Assembly (NCBI GenBank): GCA_963750165.1
Contig: CAVVPN010000001.1
Span: forward strand, 64,001 to 128,000
Direction: 5' to 3'
DNA length: 64,000 bases
Origin: an uncultured Gemmataceae bacterium
Lineage (GTDB): Bacteria; Planctomycetota; Planctomycetia; Gemmatales; Gemmataceae
The position numbers were made by a program, and so were the translations under genes. The notes beneath the pieces were generated by a model. The model saw only the letters and a list, made by a program, of their open reading frames with translations. It was not told the origin of the DNA and did no database searches. The first letter of the stretch is position 1; each line of letters opens with the position of its first letter. Positions 29,748 through 40,340 of the stretch are shown here, in pieces.

Positions 29748-31680
29748 CGCGCAGGCCAATCACCTCCCACACCAGGATCGTCGTGTCGGCGCTGCCGGAG
29801 GCGAGCACGCGGCCGTCGGGCGAGAACGCCAGCGCCGTCACGGCGCGGCGGTGGCCGGCAAAGCGCTGCAGTTGCCTGCCGTCGCTGGTCCGCCAGACGC
29901 AGACGGCCTTGCGGTCCGAACTGGCGAACCGGGTGCCGTCGGCGGAGAACGCGACGACATGGCCTTCCGGCAGCGGCAGCCGAAACCGGCGCCGCTCCTT
30001 GAGGGTGGCGGTGTCCCAGAACTGCATCAGGCCGTTGTCCGGGCCGCCCTGCACCACGCTGACCAGCGTCCTGCCGCCGTCCAGGAACGCGAGCGCCCAC
30101 GGCTGTCCGGTAAAGATCCCCTTGCCCGGGGCCGGACGAAACTCCGCGAGGTGCCGTTCCTGGCCGGTCGCCACGTCCCAGAGGCTGAGGCGGTGGCCGA
30201 CCGGGACGCGGTACATGGGGCCGTGGCGCCAGTAAATCGCCAGGGCGGCGAACGTCTTGCCGTCCGGGGCGAGCGCGGCCGTGACGATTTCCCCGGCCTT
30301 GCCCGGGGCCGTGAATTCCCGGGCCGCGGTGAGCTGGGGCACGTCCAGCACGGTGCAGGTCAGTCCCGCCTGGTAGGCGTTCCAGGCGAGCAGCTGCTTG
30401 CCGGCGGGCGCGACGCCAGCCGGGATCAGGCCCTTGGTAGCGTCCGCGCCGCGGCGTTCCTTGCCGGTGGCGAGGTCGAGCAGGCGAGGCGCTCCCCGCG
30501 CTGCCGAAGGCGACGGACTTGCTATCCGGAAGCACGGCCAGCCCACCTACTCTGCCCTCGGTTCCTTCCCAGTGCCAGCGGCGCGTTTCCTTGCCGGCAG
30601 TCGGGTCCCAGGCGCGGATGGTGTGGTCGTGGGCGACCGAGAGCAGGGTTCGGCCGTCCGGCGTGAACCGCAGCGCGGCCACCTCGGCGTGGTGTCCGTT
30701 CGCGAACCGTTCCTGGCCGCTGCGGCAGTCCCACAGGCGCACCGCATGCTTCCAGCCGCCGGCGGCGAGCGTCTGTCCGTCCGCGGAAAACGCCAGCACG
30801 TGGACCAACCCGGGGGCCGACCAGGGCGGGACGACCCGGTCGCCGGACAGGTCGAACACGCGGAGGATGCCGCGCCCGCTGGCCAGAGCCAGCGTCTTGC
30901 CGTCGGGGGCGATGGCCAGGGCCGTGACGTACTGTTCGTCGCTCGGGAAGCGCCGCGTCTCCTGGCCGGTGGCCGGGTCCCACAGGACCACTTCGCCCTT
31001 GCGGGCGAAGACGACCGTCTTGCCGTCTGGCGACACGGTGGCGACCCGGTTCAGGCGGCGCAGGCGCGGCGCGGCTTGCCGGTGGCGGCGTCCCAGACCT
31101 GCAGGGTGCTGGGCGAGTAGTCGCTCAGGGTGAAGCATGTCTTGCCGTCCGCCGCCACCCAGAGGCCGTACACCGCCCCGACGGCCCGCGGCTTGAAGCG
31201 GCGGACTTCCTGGCCGGTGTCGGTGCGGAAGACGCGGACGTTGCGCTCCGAGCCGCCGATGTACACCGTGGCCCCGTCGGCGGCAAAGGCGGCGGCGAAG
31301 ATCCATTCCGGCCCGGTCTTGCACACGCACCGCTCCTTGCCGCTGGCCGCCTCCACGATATGCAGGTCGAACCAGCCCGAGCGCAGCGCCAGCCAGTTGC
31401 CGTCGGGCGACACGGCGAGGAGGTCGCCCTGTTGGTAGCGGCGCTGCGCTTTGCCGGATTGCAGGTCCCAGCGGACGGCCTCGTAGCCCCGGCCGCACGA
31501 GAGCACGGTTTTGCCGTCGGGCGGAAAGCCGACGAAGGTCACGTCGTCGGTGTGGCGGAGGTCGAGCGTGCCCAGCCGCTGGCGCGCGCCGGGCGGCAGC
31601 GCCGGCTGGGCGGTGGCCCGCCCGGCGTCGGCCAGGGCCAGCGCCAGCAGGCACACGATAACTCGGGTTCGTGGTGTCAT
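29748..31680 (-). pseudogene. secreted WD40-repeat protein, third tandem copy, multiply frameshifted
   Basis: homology to the two upstream copies is split over several frames (breaks near 31060 and 30480-30550); the paralogous stop codon is absent. Confidence 0.75.
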
Positions 31681-31704
31681 GGGCCAGTCCCTCTCTCTTC
31701 GGGG

Positions 31705-33663
31705 TCAGCGCCAGCCGATCACGTCCCAGACCAGGATGGTGGTGTCCGCGCTGCCGGAGGCGAGCACGCGGCCGTCCGGCGAAAACGCCAGCGCGGTCAC
31801 CTCGTCGCGATGCCCGCGGAAGCGCTTCACCAGCCGGCCGGTGTCCGTCCGCCAGACGTTGACGGCGGCGTCGTCAGCGAAGTCGGTGCCGGCCACGAAC
31901 CGGCCGTCCGGCGCGAACGCCAGGTCGTAATCAAAAGGCAGCGGCAGCGGCAGCCGGAACCGGCGCCGCTCCTGCAGGCTGTCCACGTCCCAGAGCTGCA
32001 TCAGGCCGTGGTCCGGGCCGCCCCACACCACGCTGATGAGCGTCTTGCCGCCGTCGCGGAACGCCAGCGCCCAGCGCTCCCTGAGTGAGTACGCAGGGGC
32101 CGGAACTGGGCGAAAGCCAGTGATGCGGCGTTCCTTGCCGGTCGCGAGGTCCCAGAGGCTGAGGCTGCGAGCGACGGGTTCGCTGCCCTTGAGGTAAGAG
32201 CGGGTGCGGATCGCCAGGGTGGCGAACGTGTTGCCGTCCGGGGCGAACGCCACCGCGACAACCTGGCCCTTCTTCACGAGCATGCTCGCGGGGATGAACT
32301 TCCGGACTTTCCTGGCCGGCAACATTTCCCACAAGGTACAGGTCAGGTCCCACCGGGGGGCGTTCACGGTGATCAGGTGCTTGCCGTCGGGCGACAGGGC
32401 GGCCGGCGTCAGCCCCTGGGGGGCGTCCTGCTGAGGCTTCTCCTTGCCCGAAACCAGGTCGAGGAACCGCAGGCGCTCCCGCGCGCTGCCGTAGACCATC
32501 GACTTGCCGTCCGCGGACACAACCAGGCCGCTGCCCGGGGGCACATACCCGACCCGGTCCCAGCGGTGCGTTTCCGTGCCGGCTGCCAGGTCCCAGGCGC
32601 GGAGGGTGTGGTCGGCGGCGAAGGAGACCAGGGCCTTGCCGTCGGGCGTGAACCGCAGCCCGCCGACTGCGGCGTGGTGCCCCTGGCCGAGCACCTCCTT
32701 GCCGGTGCGGCTCTCCCACAGGCGAACCGCGACCCCACAACCGACGGCGATGGTCTTGCCGTCGGCAGCGAATGCGAGCGCGTGCCCTGGGCAGGGAGCC
32801 GACCACCGCAAGGCGGCTTTCTCCCCCGTCACGTCAAAGACGCGGAGCGTGTCAGTGCCGATCAGGGCCACGGTCCGGCCGTCAGCGGTGATGGCCAGGG
32901 GACCGACCTGAACCGCGTCCGCGCGGAAGCGCCGCCGGGCCTTGCCCGCGGCCGCGTCCCACACGATCACTTCCCCGTCCCGTGACACGACGACCGTTTT
33001 CCCGTCGGGTGTGACGGCGGCGGCGCCCCGGTCGAGGCCGGCCAGTGTATGGCGAACCTTGCCGGTGGCGGCCGCGCAGACCTGCAGCGTGCTGGGCGAC
33101 GTGGCTTCCAGGGCGAACAACGTTTGGTCGTCCGCAGACAACCACAGCCCGTGTCCTCCCGCCACGTTCTCGAAGCGACGGACTTCCTTGCCGGTGGCGG
33201 CGTGAAACACGAGAACAGGGCCAAAGTCGGTGCCGACGAACACGGTGTCCCCGCTGGCGGAAAACGCGGCGGCCCCGATGGACTCCGGATCCGTGTGGCA
33301 AACGCAGCGCTCCTTGCCGCTGGCGAGCTCGACAACGACCAGGTGTGTCCAGTCCGCGCGCAGGGCCAGCCATTTGCCGTCCGGGGAGAGGGCGACGGGT
33401 GTGCCCTGGTCGTAGCGGCGCAGCGGCCGGCCGGTGCTCAGGTCCCAGAGGACGACATCGCCCGTCCCACCACCGGACACGAGCGTGCGTCCGCCGGCCG
33501 GAAAGCCGACGAAGGTCACGTTGTCCGTGTGGCGGAGGTCGAGCGTGCCCAGGCGGAGGCGGGCGCCGGGCGGCAGCGGTTGCTGGGCGGCGCAGCGACC
33601 GGCGTCGGCGGTCGCCAGGGCCAGCGCCAGCAGGCAGACGGCAGTTCGAGTTCGCGGTGTCAT
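31705..33663 (-). CDS. secreted WD40-repeat protein (tandem copy 2)
   Basis: signal peptide, LPPGARLRLG motif, SPDGK...WD repeats, ASGSADTTILVW. Confidence 0.9.
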   Translation of the reverse strand: MTPRTRTAVCLLALALATADAGRCAAQQPLPPGARLRLGTLDLRHTDNVTFVGFPAGGRTLVSGGGTGDVVLWDLSTGRPLRRYDQGTPVALSPDGKWLALRADWTHLVVVELASGKERCVCHTDPESIGAAAFSASGDTVFVGTDFGPVLVFHAATGKEVRRFENVAGGHGLWLSADDQTLFALEATSPSTLQVCAAATGKVRHTLAGLDRGAAAVTPDGKTVVVSRDGEVIVWDAAAGKARRRFRADAVQVGPLAITADGRTVALIGTDTLRVFDVTGEKAALRWSAPCPGHALAFAADGKTIAVGCGVAVRLWESRTGKEVLGQGHHAAVGGLRFTPDGKALVSFAADHTLRAWDLAAGTETHRWDRVGYVPPGSGLVVSADGKSMVYGSARERLRFLDLVSGKEKPQQDAPQGLTPAALSPDGKHLITVNAPRWDLTCTLWEMLPARKVRKFIPASMLVKKGQVVAVAFAPDGNTFATLAIRTRSYLKGSEPVARSLSLWDLATGKERRITGFRPVPAPAYSLRERWALAFRDGGKTLISVVWGGPDHGLMQLWDVDSLQERRRFRLPLPLPFDYDLAFAPDGRFVAGTDFADDAAVNVWRTDTGRLVKRFRGHRDEVTALAFSPDGRVLASGSADTTILVWDVIGWR

Positions 33664-33689
33664 GGGCCAGTCTCCTTGCCACCACTCGG

Positions 33690-35672
33690 TCAGCGCAGGC
33701 CGAGCACCTCCCACACCAGGATGGTGGTGTCGGCGCTGCCGGAGGCGAGCGTCCGGCCGTCCGGTGAGAACGCCAGGGCCGTGACGTAACTGCGGTGGCC
33801 GCGGAAGCGCTGCACCTCGCGGCCGGTGTCCGTCCGCCAAACATAGACGGCGCCACTGTCGTCGTGGTCGGTGCCGGCCACGAACCGGCCGTCCGGCGCG
33901 AACGCCAGAACGGACCCCACCGGCAACCGCAGCCGGCGTCGCTCCTTCAGGGTGGCGGTGTCCCAGCTCTGCACCAGGCCGTCCCGCACCACACTGACCA
34001 GCGCCTTGCCGCCGTCGCGAAACGCCAGTCCCCAGGTTTCCCGGGACAAGTAAGCCTCGGCCGGGGTCGGTCGAACGTCCGCGACGCGGCGTTCCTTGCC
34101 GGTCGCCATGTCCCAGAGACTGAGGCTGTGGGCGATGGGAATGCGGCCATACCGGCCGTAGAAGAAGTGGACCGCCAGAGACGCGAACAGCTTGCCGTCC
34201 GGCGAACAGGCGACCGCGACGATTTCAGCCCCTTCCGCGGGTACGGGCGCGTGCGTGAACTCGCGGACGTTCCGGACCTGGGACAACTCCCACCACGTAC
34301 ACGGACAGGTCCGATCCGCCTTGAACGGGTTCGCGGTGAGCAGGTGCTTGCCGTCGGCCGACAGGGCGGCCGGCACCGTCCCCTGCGGGGTATGCTCGCA
34401 GAGGCGTTCCTTGCCGGAGGTGACATCGAGGATGCGCAACCGGTCCGCATAGCAGCCGAACGCGACGGTCTTGCCGTCCGGGAACGCGACCAGCCTCACG
34501 GTGCTCGGGTCGCTCTCCTGCACGTCCCAGCGGCGCGTCTCCTTGCCGGCAGCCAGGTCCCAGGCGCGGACGGTGTGGTCGTCGGCGAAGGAGATCAGAT
34601 GCTTGCCGCCGGGCAGGAACCGCAAGGCACACACCCCGGCGCGGTGGCCGCCGTCGAGCCGTTCCTTGCCGGTGTGGCAGTCCCACAGCCGCACCGCGTG
34701 GCCCCAGCCGACGGCGAGCGTCCGGCCGTCCGGGGAAAACGCCAGCGCGTTCGCCGGACCTGGGACCGACCACCGCAGAGTCGCTTTCGTCGGGATCGAC
34801 CACCGCAAAGTCGTCTTCGTCTCCGCCAGGTCGTAGACGCGGAGGGCGTTGAAACCGATCAGGGCCAGCGTCCGGCCGTCGGGGGCAACGGCCAGGCCCG
34901 CAGCGTGCGCCGCGTCTCCCCGCAGCAGCTGCCGCACCTGGCCCGTGGCCGGGTCCCACACGGTCACCTCCTCGTCGCGGGCCACGACGGCCGTTTTCCC
35001 GTCGGGGGTGACGGCGGCGGCCTGAATCGGCCCCTTCAGCGACCGGCGTGGCTTGCCGGTGGCGGCGTCCCAGGTCTGCAGCGTGCTAGGTGAGGAGTCG
35101 CTCAGGGTGAAGCAGGTTTTGTCGTCCGCGGACAGCCAGAGGCCTTCCACCGACCCGGCGGCCCGCGGCTGGAAGCGGCGGACTTCCTTGCCCGTGTCCG
35201 TCTGGAACACGTGGACCTTGCGTTCCCAGGCGCCGACGAAGACCATGGCCCCGTCGGAGGAGAAGGCGGCGGCGCAGGTCCCTCCCGCGGTCGGGCCGCA
35301 CATGCAGCGCTCCTGGCCGCTGACGACCTCCACGACGCGCAGGTGAAAAGAGCCTTCGCGCAGGGCCAGCCACTTGCCGTCGGGCGACACGGCCAGCAGA
35401 CCGCCCCGGCCGTAGCGGCGGAGTTCTTTGCCGCTGTTCAGGTCCCAGAGGACGGCGTCGTCGCGCCCCTGACCGCACGACACCAGCGTCTTGCCGCCGG
35501 CCATAAAGCCGATGGACGTGACGGTGCTGTTCTGGCGGAGGTCCAGCGACCCCAGGCGCAGGCGGGCGCCGGGCGGCAGCGGCGGCTGGGCACACGCACG
35601 CCCCTTGTCTGCGCCAAACAGGGCCAGCGCCAGCAGGATCAAGACAACCCGGGTTCGCGCTCGCGGACTCAT
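33690..35672 (-). CDS. secreted WD40-repeat protein (tandem copy 1)
   Basis: same architecture as copy 2. Confidence 0.9.
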   Translation of the reverse strand: MSPRARTRVVLILLALALFGADKGRACAQPPLPPGARLRLGSLDLRQNSTVTSIGFMAGGKTLVSCGQGRDDAVLWDLNSGKELRRYGRGGLLAVSPDGKWLALREGSFHLRVVEVVSGQERCMCGPTAGGTCAAAFSSDGAMVFVGAWERKVHVFQTDTGKEVRRFQPRAAGSVEGLWLSADDKTCFTLSDSSPSTLQTWDAATGKPRRSLKGPIQAAAVTPDGKTAVVARDEEVTVWDPATGQVRQLLRGDAAHAAGLAVAPDGRTLALIGFNALRVYDLAETKTTLRWSIPTKATLRWSVPGPANALAFSPDGRTLAVGWGHAVRLWDCHTGKERLDGGHRAGVCALRFLPGGKHLISFADDHTVRAWDLAAGKETRRWDVQESDPSTVRLVAFPDGKTVAFGCYADRLRILDVTSGKERLCEHTPQGTVPAALSADGKHLLTANPFKADRTCPCTWWELSQVRNVREFTHAPVPAEGAEIVAVACSPDGKLFASLAVHFFYGRYGRIPIAHSLSLWDMATGKERRVADVRPTPAEAYLSRETWGLAFRDGGKALVSVVRDGLVQSWDTATLKERRRLRLPVGSVLAFAPDGRFVAGTDHDDSGAVYVWRTDTGREVQRFRGHRSYVTALAFSPDGRTLASGSADTTILVWEVLGLR

Positions 35673-35696
35673 GGACTCCTCCCCACGTCTGCATCA

Positions 35697-38600
35697 CTAC
35701 TTCCGCAACCGCGCCAGCTGCACCCGCGCCTCCTGCCGCACCAGCGCCGGTTGCTCCGCACCGGCCGCCGCCCGCAGCAGCGCCTCGACGCCCGGCGCCC
35801 GCGCCTCCGCCAACCCACGCAGCGCCCCCGCCCGCAGCCAGACGTTATCCGACGCCAGCAGCCGCGCCACCTCCTTGTCCCTGGCGTCCGCCGCGATGGC
35901 CGCCAGGCTGCGGGCCGCGACGTAGCCGACCGCCATGCCCGGCGGCCCGTACGTGCCCGGCGGATTGGTCGCCGTCGCGTACTGCGCCAGCTCCGGCACC
36001 GCCTCCTTCGCATGCAACCGGGCCAGCGCCTCGCAGCACGCCCAGAAGCCGACCGTGTCCTGCCCCTTGAGGTACACCGGCAGTTTGGCGAGCAGCGTCG
36101 GGATGGCGGTGCGGTCGTTGCGCTCCGCGAGCGCCGCGGCGGCCAGGTGGTGCGCGTACGGATACGGCGTGTCCAGGGCGCCGAGCAGTTTGGCGCGGGC
36201 GATCTTGTCGGGCTGCTTCGCCAGGGCCGCGAACGCCAGGCGCGTCTGCTCGACGCGGTCGGTCATCATGTACTTCGCGCCGGTCGCTTGCGCCATGTTC
36301 AGGTTGCGGAAGTGCGGCGGCGTCAGGCACTGGTTCAGGTAGCGCGTCAGCACCAGCGTGTCCTGCGGCATCTTCGGCAGCGTGGCGTCGAACTCCACGA
36401 ACTTCGTGTCGGCCCACTTCAGACCGCGCGGCGGGTACAGCGCCTCCAGCGGCTGCACCGGCGGCAACTTCACCTGCGGTACCGCCTTGTCATTCAGACG
36501 ATAGCCGTCCTGAATGTCCGCTATGGCGTAGCGGGCCTGCTGCCGGATGAGCGTGATGGGGTCGCGCGTCGCCATCTCCGCGAGCAGCGGCAGCGCGTCC
36601 GCGTTACCGCGCCGCGCCAGGCCGCGCACCAGGCCGTAGCGGATGTCGCGGTAGATCGTCTTCGGGTCGGCGAACTTTACCAGGGCGTGCTCGTCCGCGG
36701 CGTGCATGGCCAGGGTCTGCACCAGGTAAGCCTTGTCGCGGAAGCGCACGTCGGGCATGCCCTTGCCGATGCTGGTGATCTCCGGGAAGGCGTAGGGTTT
36801 GGCGACCTCCGCGGCGAGGACGGCGGCGGTCTCCTTGCCGAAGCCGATGCGGCCGAGCAGCACCGCGGCGTCGATGCGCTCGCGGTGGTTGGCGGACTTG
36901 AGGAACGGCCGCACCAGCGCTTCCAGCTTTTTCTCCTTGATCAGGTCCCGATCAATCGCGCTGTCGGGGTCGAGGAGGCAGCCGAGCAGCCAGAGCGCTT
37001 CCTCCGCGCCCAGTTGTTTGACCACGGGGAACGGCCGGCCGTGCTCGCTGAAGGGCCGCTCCAGGTTGACGCCCTTGAGCAGCTGCGCGTAGACCGGATC
37101 CTCAGGGGCGTGTTGGCCGCTCAGGGCGTCGGCGAGGAGTTCCACGGCCCGCCACGGTCGGCGGGTGTAGCCGATCAGGATGCGCGGCATCAGCACGCGC
37201 TGCGACTCGTCGCGCAGGCGGTCCTCGAAGCGCGGCTTCTCCATGAAGGTGTTCGGCAGCAGCGCGATCAGCAAATACAGGTCGCTCACGTCGAGTTGGG
37301 CTTCCGCGAGGATGAGCCCGCGCAGCAGCGCGTACTCCTCCGGCCGCGGGCCATGCTGCAGATACCGGCTGATGTGGACTTTCTTGTTCGGCACCTCGCT
37401 GCGCAGGGCGGCCAGCAGTTCGGCAACGGCCTCCTTCGTGCCGATGCGGCCCAGGGCGATGGCGGCCTCGGCGGCGTGGTACTCGTATTCGTGCTTCTTC
37501 AACCACGGCGCGAGCAACTTGACGGCTTCGGTGTCCTTGAGTTTGCCGGCGGCGCGCAAGGCGAGGACGTTCGGCAGCGGCTTTTCCAGTTCCTTGCGGA
37601 CGCCGGCGCGGAGTTGCGGCGTCGGCTTCTGGCGGGCGGCCTTCTCGAAGGGGTCCTGATCGTCGTAGCCGCCGGGCTGCTGTTTGCCGAGCCAGGCGCG
37701 GTCGCCAATCGTCTCCAGGGCCGCGGAGGCGTGGAAGCGCACCTGCCAGTCCTCGTCCGCATACGCTTTGCGCAGCGCCTCCTTTTCCGCGAAAGTGGCC
37801 AACCGCGTCAGGGCCAGGGCGGCGGCGCGGCGGACCTGGACGCTTTGGTCGGCGAGCAGTTTCGTCAAGCGCTTCAGGACGAACTCGGCGTTGTCTTCGT
37901 AGTGGTAGATGCACCGTTTCCCGCCCTGTTCATCGGCCACCATGGCGATGCTCACCACCCGCTTGCCCAGGTCCTCGGCGTACATCACCATCTCACAGCC
38001 GCGGGCACGCAACTCGGGGTCCTTGCTGTCGAGCCATTGCAGAAATTGCCCCACGTCGCCGAACCGCGCCTGCCGCCGGTACGACAGCGGGTCGTTGCGG
38101 CGGTACTGCAAATCCGTGGACTCGCGCGTCACCCGCACCGGCCCGAGCTTGAGCGCTAGCGGCGGCGTGTTGGGCACCGCGTCGGTCTGGCTGGCGTGGC
38201 AGCCATAGCACGAGCGCGTCTCGCCCGCGCGGCCGACCATGTACGCCATCTGCAGCGCCGGGTAGCGCGTGCCGACCGCCACCGACGTGTCCGGGTAATT
38301 CCACTCCATCAGCACGCGGTTGCCGCCCGCGTCGAGCGGGTCCAGGAACAGCGGCGTGTCCGCCGGCGCCTCGAAGTACGCGGAGCCGTCCGGCTGGATC
38401 GGCACCACGCCGAGGATGCGCGTCTCCAGGTTCGTGTGACTGCTCGTGGTCACACCCGTGTACTCCGCCTCGATGACGCGGAAGTAGCGCGCCCGCTTCA
38501 GGGCCCTGGCCCGCTCCGCGTTGTCGGCGACGTGGCCGGCGACGACCAGGAAGCGCGTCGTCGTCTTGTCCGCGGGGGCCGGCTGCGTCGGCAACACCTT

Positions 38601-39806
38601 GGGCCGCGCACGCTCGACCAGTACCGGCACCGCGTCAAACTCGGCGTAATTGGGGATGTTGTAGACGAGCCGTTCGCGGCGCGTGTTCGGGTCGCAGACG
38701 TAGATGGCGCTGTCGCGGGCGCCGGGGGCGGTGGCGGCGTAGAGGACACGGCCATCGGCGAGCGGGTGGGCGGTGCTGCGCGTGCCGGTCGGCGACAGGT
38801 GTGCGCGGTGCGTGGTGCCGCCGAGTTGGATCGATGTGGTGCCGGGGAAGATCGGCGCCAGCGCGTTGCGCACCGACAGGCCGGCGCGGAGGTCGAGCAG
38901 GGACGGCCCCATTTCGGACTGCACGAGAATGCGGCCGTCGGGCAGCTCGCGCGGCTGCGTCAGGCCGACGCCGCTGTGCCGTTCGCGGCCGAAGAAGCGG
39001 TACTGGCCGGCGCCGAACAGGTGCCGCTCCTCGGTGCCGTCGGGGCGGACGGTCATCAGATACGTCTCGTGCTTGTCATACGGCGGCACGTCGATGTGGA
39101 AGGCGTCCCAGAAGCTGAAGACGATGCGGCCGTCCTGCAGCACATACGGCTCGAAATAGGTGCCGGGCGCGAACGTGATCTGCGTGATGCCGGTGCCGTC
39201 GCCGTTCATGGTGAACAGCGTTTCGGTGCGCTCCTCGTGGTACTCCTCCAGGTAGCCGGTGCGGTCGGAGCAGAAGACGATGCGGCCGTCCGGCAGATAA
39301 ACGCCTGCGAAATCGTTGAAGGGACCGTCCGTCAGCTGGCGGAGGTTTTTACCGGTCACGTCGATCTCGTAAAGGTGGAACCAATCCTCACCGTCGCGGC
39401 GCATGGCGAACAACACTTTCTTGCCGTCGAAACTGGGCGCCGGCTTGAAGACGGAGCCGGTTTTGAGGTGCGTCAACCGTGTCAGCTTGCCGTCGGGGCG
39501 GGCGGGCACCAGGGCGTAGAGGTTGCGGCCGGGACGAACTGGGCCCATCGTGCGCTCGCCGCGGTGGTAGGTGGCGCTGCGGGCGTAGATGTAACTGTCG
39601 CGCCAGTGGTAACTGCCCTGGTAGACGCCCTCGCCGCCGTCGGTTTTTTCGTCGAAGATGGGGGCGCCGACGAAGACGATGCCGGGGATGTCGTTCGCGG
39701 CGGGCCGTGGGGCCTGCCGGGGCACGCCGGGTTCGGGGAGGGCGCCGCCGAGGACCAGCAGCGGCAGGGCGAGGGACACCACCAACAGCAGGGGTCGCGC
39801 GCGCAT
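35697..39806 (-). CDS. HzsA-related protein: TolB-like beta-propeller + hydrazine-synthase-alpha middle-like domain + CxxCH + HEAT repeats
   Basis: signal peptide; PSFDGKKVLF, YLPDGRIVFCSDR; RILGVVPIQPDGSAYFEAPADTP; ETRSCYGCH; HEAT repeats. Confidence 0.78.
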   Translation of the reverse strand: MRARPLLLVVSLALPLLVLGGALPEPGVPRQAPRPAANDIPGIVFVGAPIFDEKTDGGEGVYQGSYHWRDSYIYARSATYHRGERTMGPVRPGRNLYALVPARPDGKLTRLTHLKTGSVFKPAPSFDGKKVLFAMRRDGEDWFHLYEIDVTGKNLRQLTDGPFNDFAGVYLPDGRIVFCSDRTGYLEEYHEERTETLFTMNGDGTGITQITFAPGTYFEPYVLQDGRIVFSFWDAFHIDVPPYDKHETYLMTVRPDGTEERHLFGAGQYRFFGRERHSGVGLTQPRELPDGRILVQSEMGPSLLDLRAGLSVRNALAPIFPGTTSIQLGGTTHRAHLSPTGTRSTAHPLADGRVLYAATAPGARDSAIYVCDPNTRRERLVYNIPNYAEFDAVPVLVERARPKVLPTQPAPADKTTTRFLVVAGHVADNAERARALKRARYFRVIEAEYTGVTTSSHTNLETRILGVVPIQPDGSAYFEAPADTPLFLDPLDAGGNRVLMEWNYPDTSVAVGTRYPALQMAYMVGRAGETRSCYGCHASQTDAVPNTPPLALKLGPVRVTRESTDLQYRRNDPLSYRRQARFGDVGQFLQWLDSKDPELRARGCEMVMYAEDLGKRVVSIAMVADEQGGKRCIYHYEDNAEFVLKRLTKLLADQSVQVRRAAALALTRLATFAEKEALRKAYADEDWQVRFHASAALETIGDRAWLGKQQPGGYDDQDPFEKAARQKPTPQLRAGVRKELEKPLPNVLALRAAGKLKDTEAVKLLAPWLKKHEYEYHAAEAAIALGRIGTKEAVAELLAALRSEVPNKKVHISRYLQHGPRPEEYALLRGLILAEAQLDVSDLYLLIALLPNTFMEKPRFEDRLRDESQRVLMPRILIGYTRRPWRAVELLADALSGQHAPEDPVYAQLLKGVNLERPFSEHGRPFPVVKQLGAEEALWLLGCLLDPDSAIDRDLIKEKKLEALVRPFLKSANHRERIDAAVLLGRIGFGKETAAVLAAEVAKPYAFPEITSIGKGMPDVRFRDKAYLVQTLAMHAADEHALVKFADPKTIYRDIRYGLVRGLARRGNADALPLLAEMATRDPITLIRQQARYAIADIQDGYRLNDKAVPQVKLPPVQPLEALYPPRGLKWADTKFVEFDATLPKMPQDTLVLTRYLNQCLTPPHFRNLNMAQATGAKYMMTDRVEQTRLAFAALAKQPDKIARAKLLGALDTPYPYAHHLAAAALAERNDRTAIPTLLAKLPVYLKGQDTVGFWACCEALARLHAKEAVPELAQYATATNPPGTYGPPGMAVGYVAARSLAAIAADARDKEVARLLASDNVWLRAGALRGLAEARAPGVEALLRAAAGAEQPALVRQEARVQLARLRK

Positions 39807-39828
39807 GGGAGGACTCGTCCGCGGGAGG

Positions 39829-40149
39829 TCAACGGGGGAGGTTTGGCAGGTCGCCCGGCCGTAGCTGTCTGGTTAAATCGCGGCTGGCGTGAATCACGGC
39901 CACGATGTAACAAGTTTCACCCCGCACTACGTAAATCACACGGTACGAGTATACCAGGAGTTCCCGAATCGTGTCCTCTTCAAACTCTGGGACGCGCCAA
40001 CCGCTGAGCGGCTGTTGCGCCAGACGGCCATCCACCTCCCAGAAGGAATTGGCTAGGCGTTCCGCGAACAGCGGAGAATCTTTAGCGACAAACTCCAGGA
40101 TGGTCTCAACATCCTTCAGGGCTGGGGCGTTCCAGATGACTTGCGCCAT
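39829..40149 (-). CDS. RelE/ParE family toxin
   Basis: VIWNAPALKD, GWRVPE, IRELLVYSYRVIY, VAVIHASRDL. Confidence 0.9.
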   Translation of the reverse strand: MAQVIWNAPALKDVETILEFVAKDSPLFAERLANSFWEVDGRLAQQPLSGWRVPEFEEDTIRELLVYSYRVIYVVRGETCYIVAVIHASRDLTRQLRPGDLPNLPR

Positions 40150-40322
40150 GGTGCCAGCCTCCGTTCGAATTCTTCTCGGGAAACCACCTGGCCGGCGTCC
40201 ACCGCAGCGATGCCGCGTTGCACCTTCTCCCGGACATAAAGGTGATAATAGAGGTCATCCATGTTGCAGTCCTCCGGCAGTGACTGGATCAGTTTGATTA
40301 GCTCCTCTTTGAACTGGCTCAT
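40116..40322 (-). CDS. putative antitoxin
   Basis: 68 aa; LIQSLPED...YHLYVREKVQRG...GQVVSREE; overlaps the toxin start. Confidence 0.8.
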   Translation of the reverse strand: MSQFKEELIKLIQSLPEDCNMDDLYYHLYVREKVQRGIAAVDAGQVVSREEFERRLAPWRKSSGTPQP

Positions 40323-40340
40323 GTCTTTCTCCTTGCCGGA

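Noticed and set aside
31049..31053. TGA in WD40 copy 3 as selenocysteine
   Set aside because: Homology to the paralogs continues in a different frame, so this is a frameshift rather than readthrough.
35697..39806. Evidence for anammox metabolism
   Set aside because: Only one HzsA-like domain with a different architecture is present; no hzsB/hzsC or hao-like genes.
35211..40007. Long antisense ORFs (35211-38159, 38196-40007; also 9578-12031, 53718-56453, 62651-63922)
   Set aside because: These are shadow ORFs caused by high GC3 bias opposite real genes; they carry no protein motifs.
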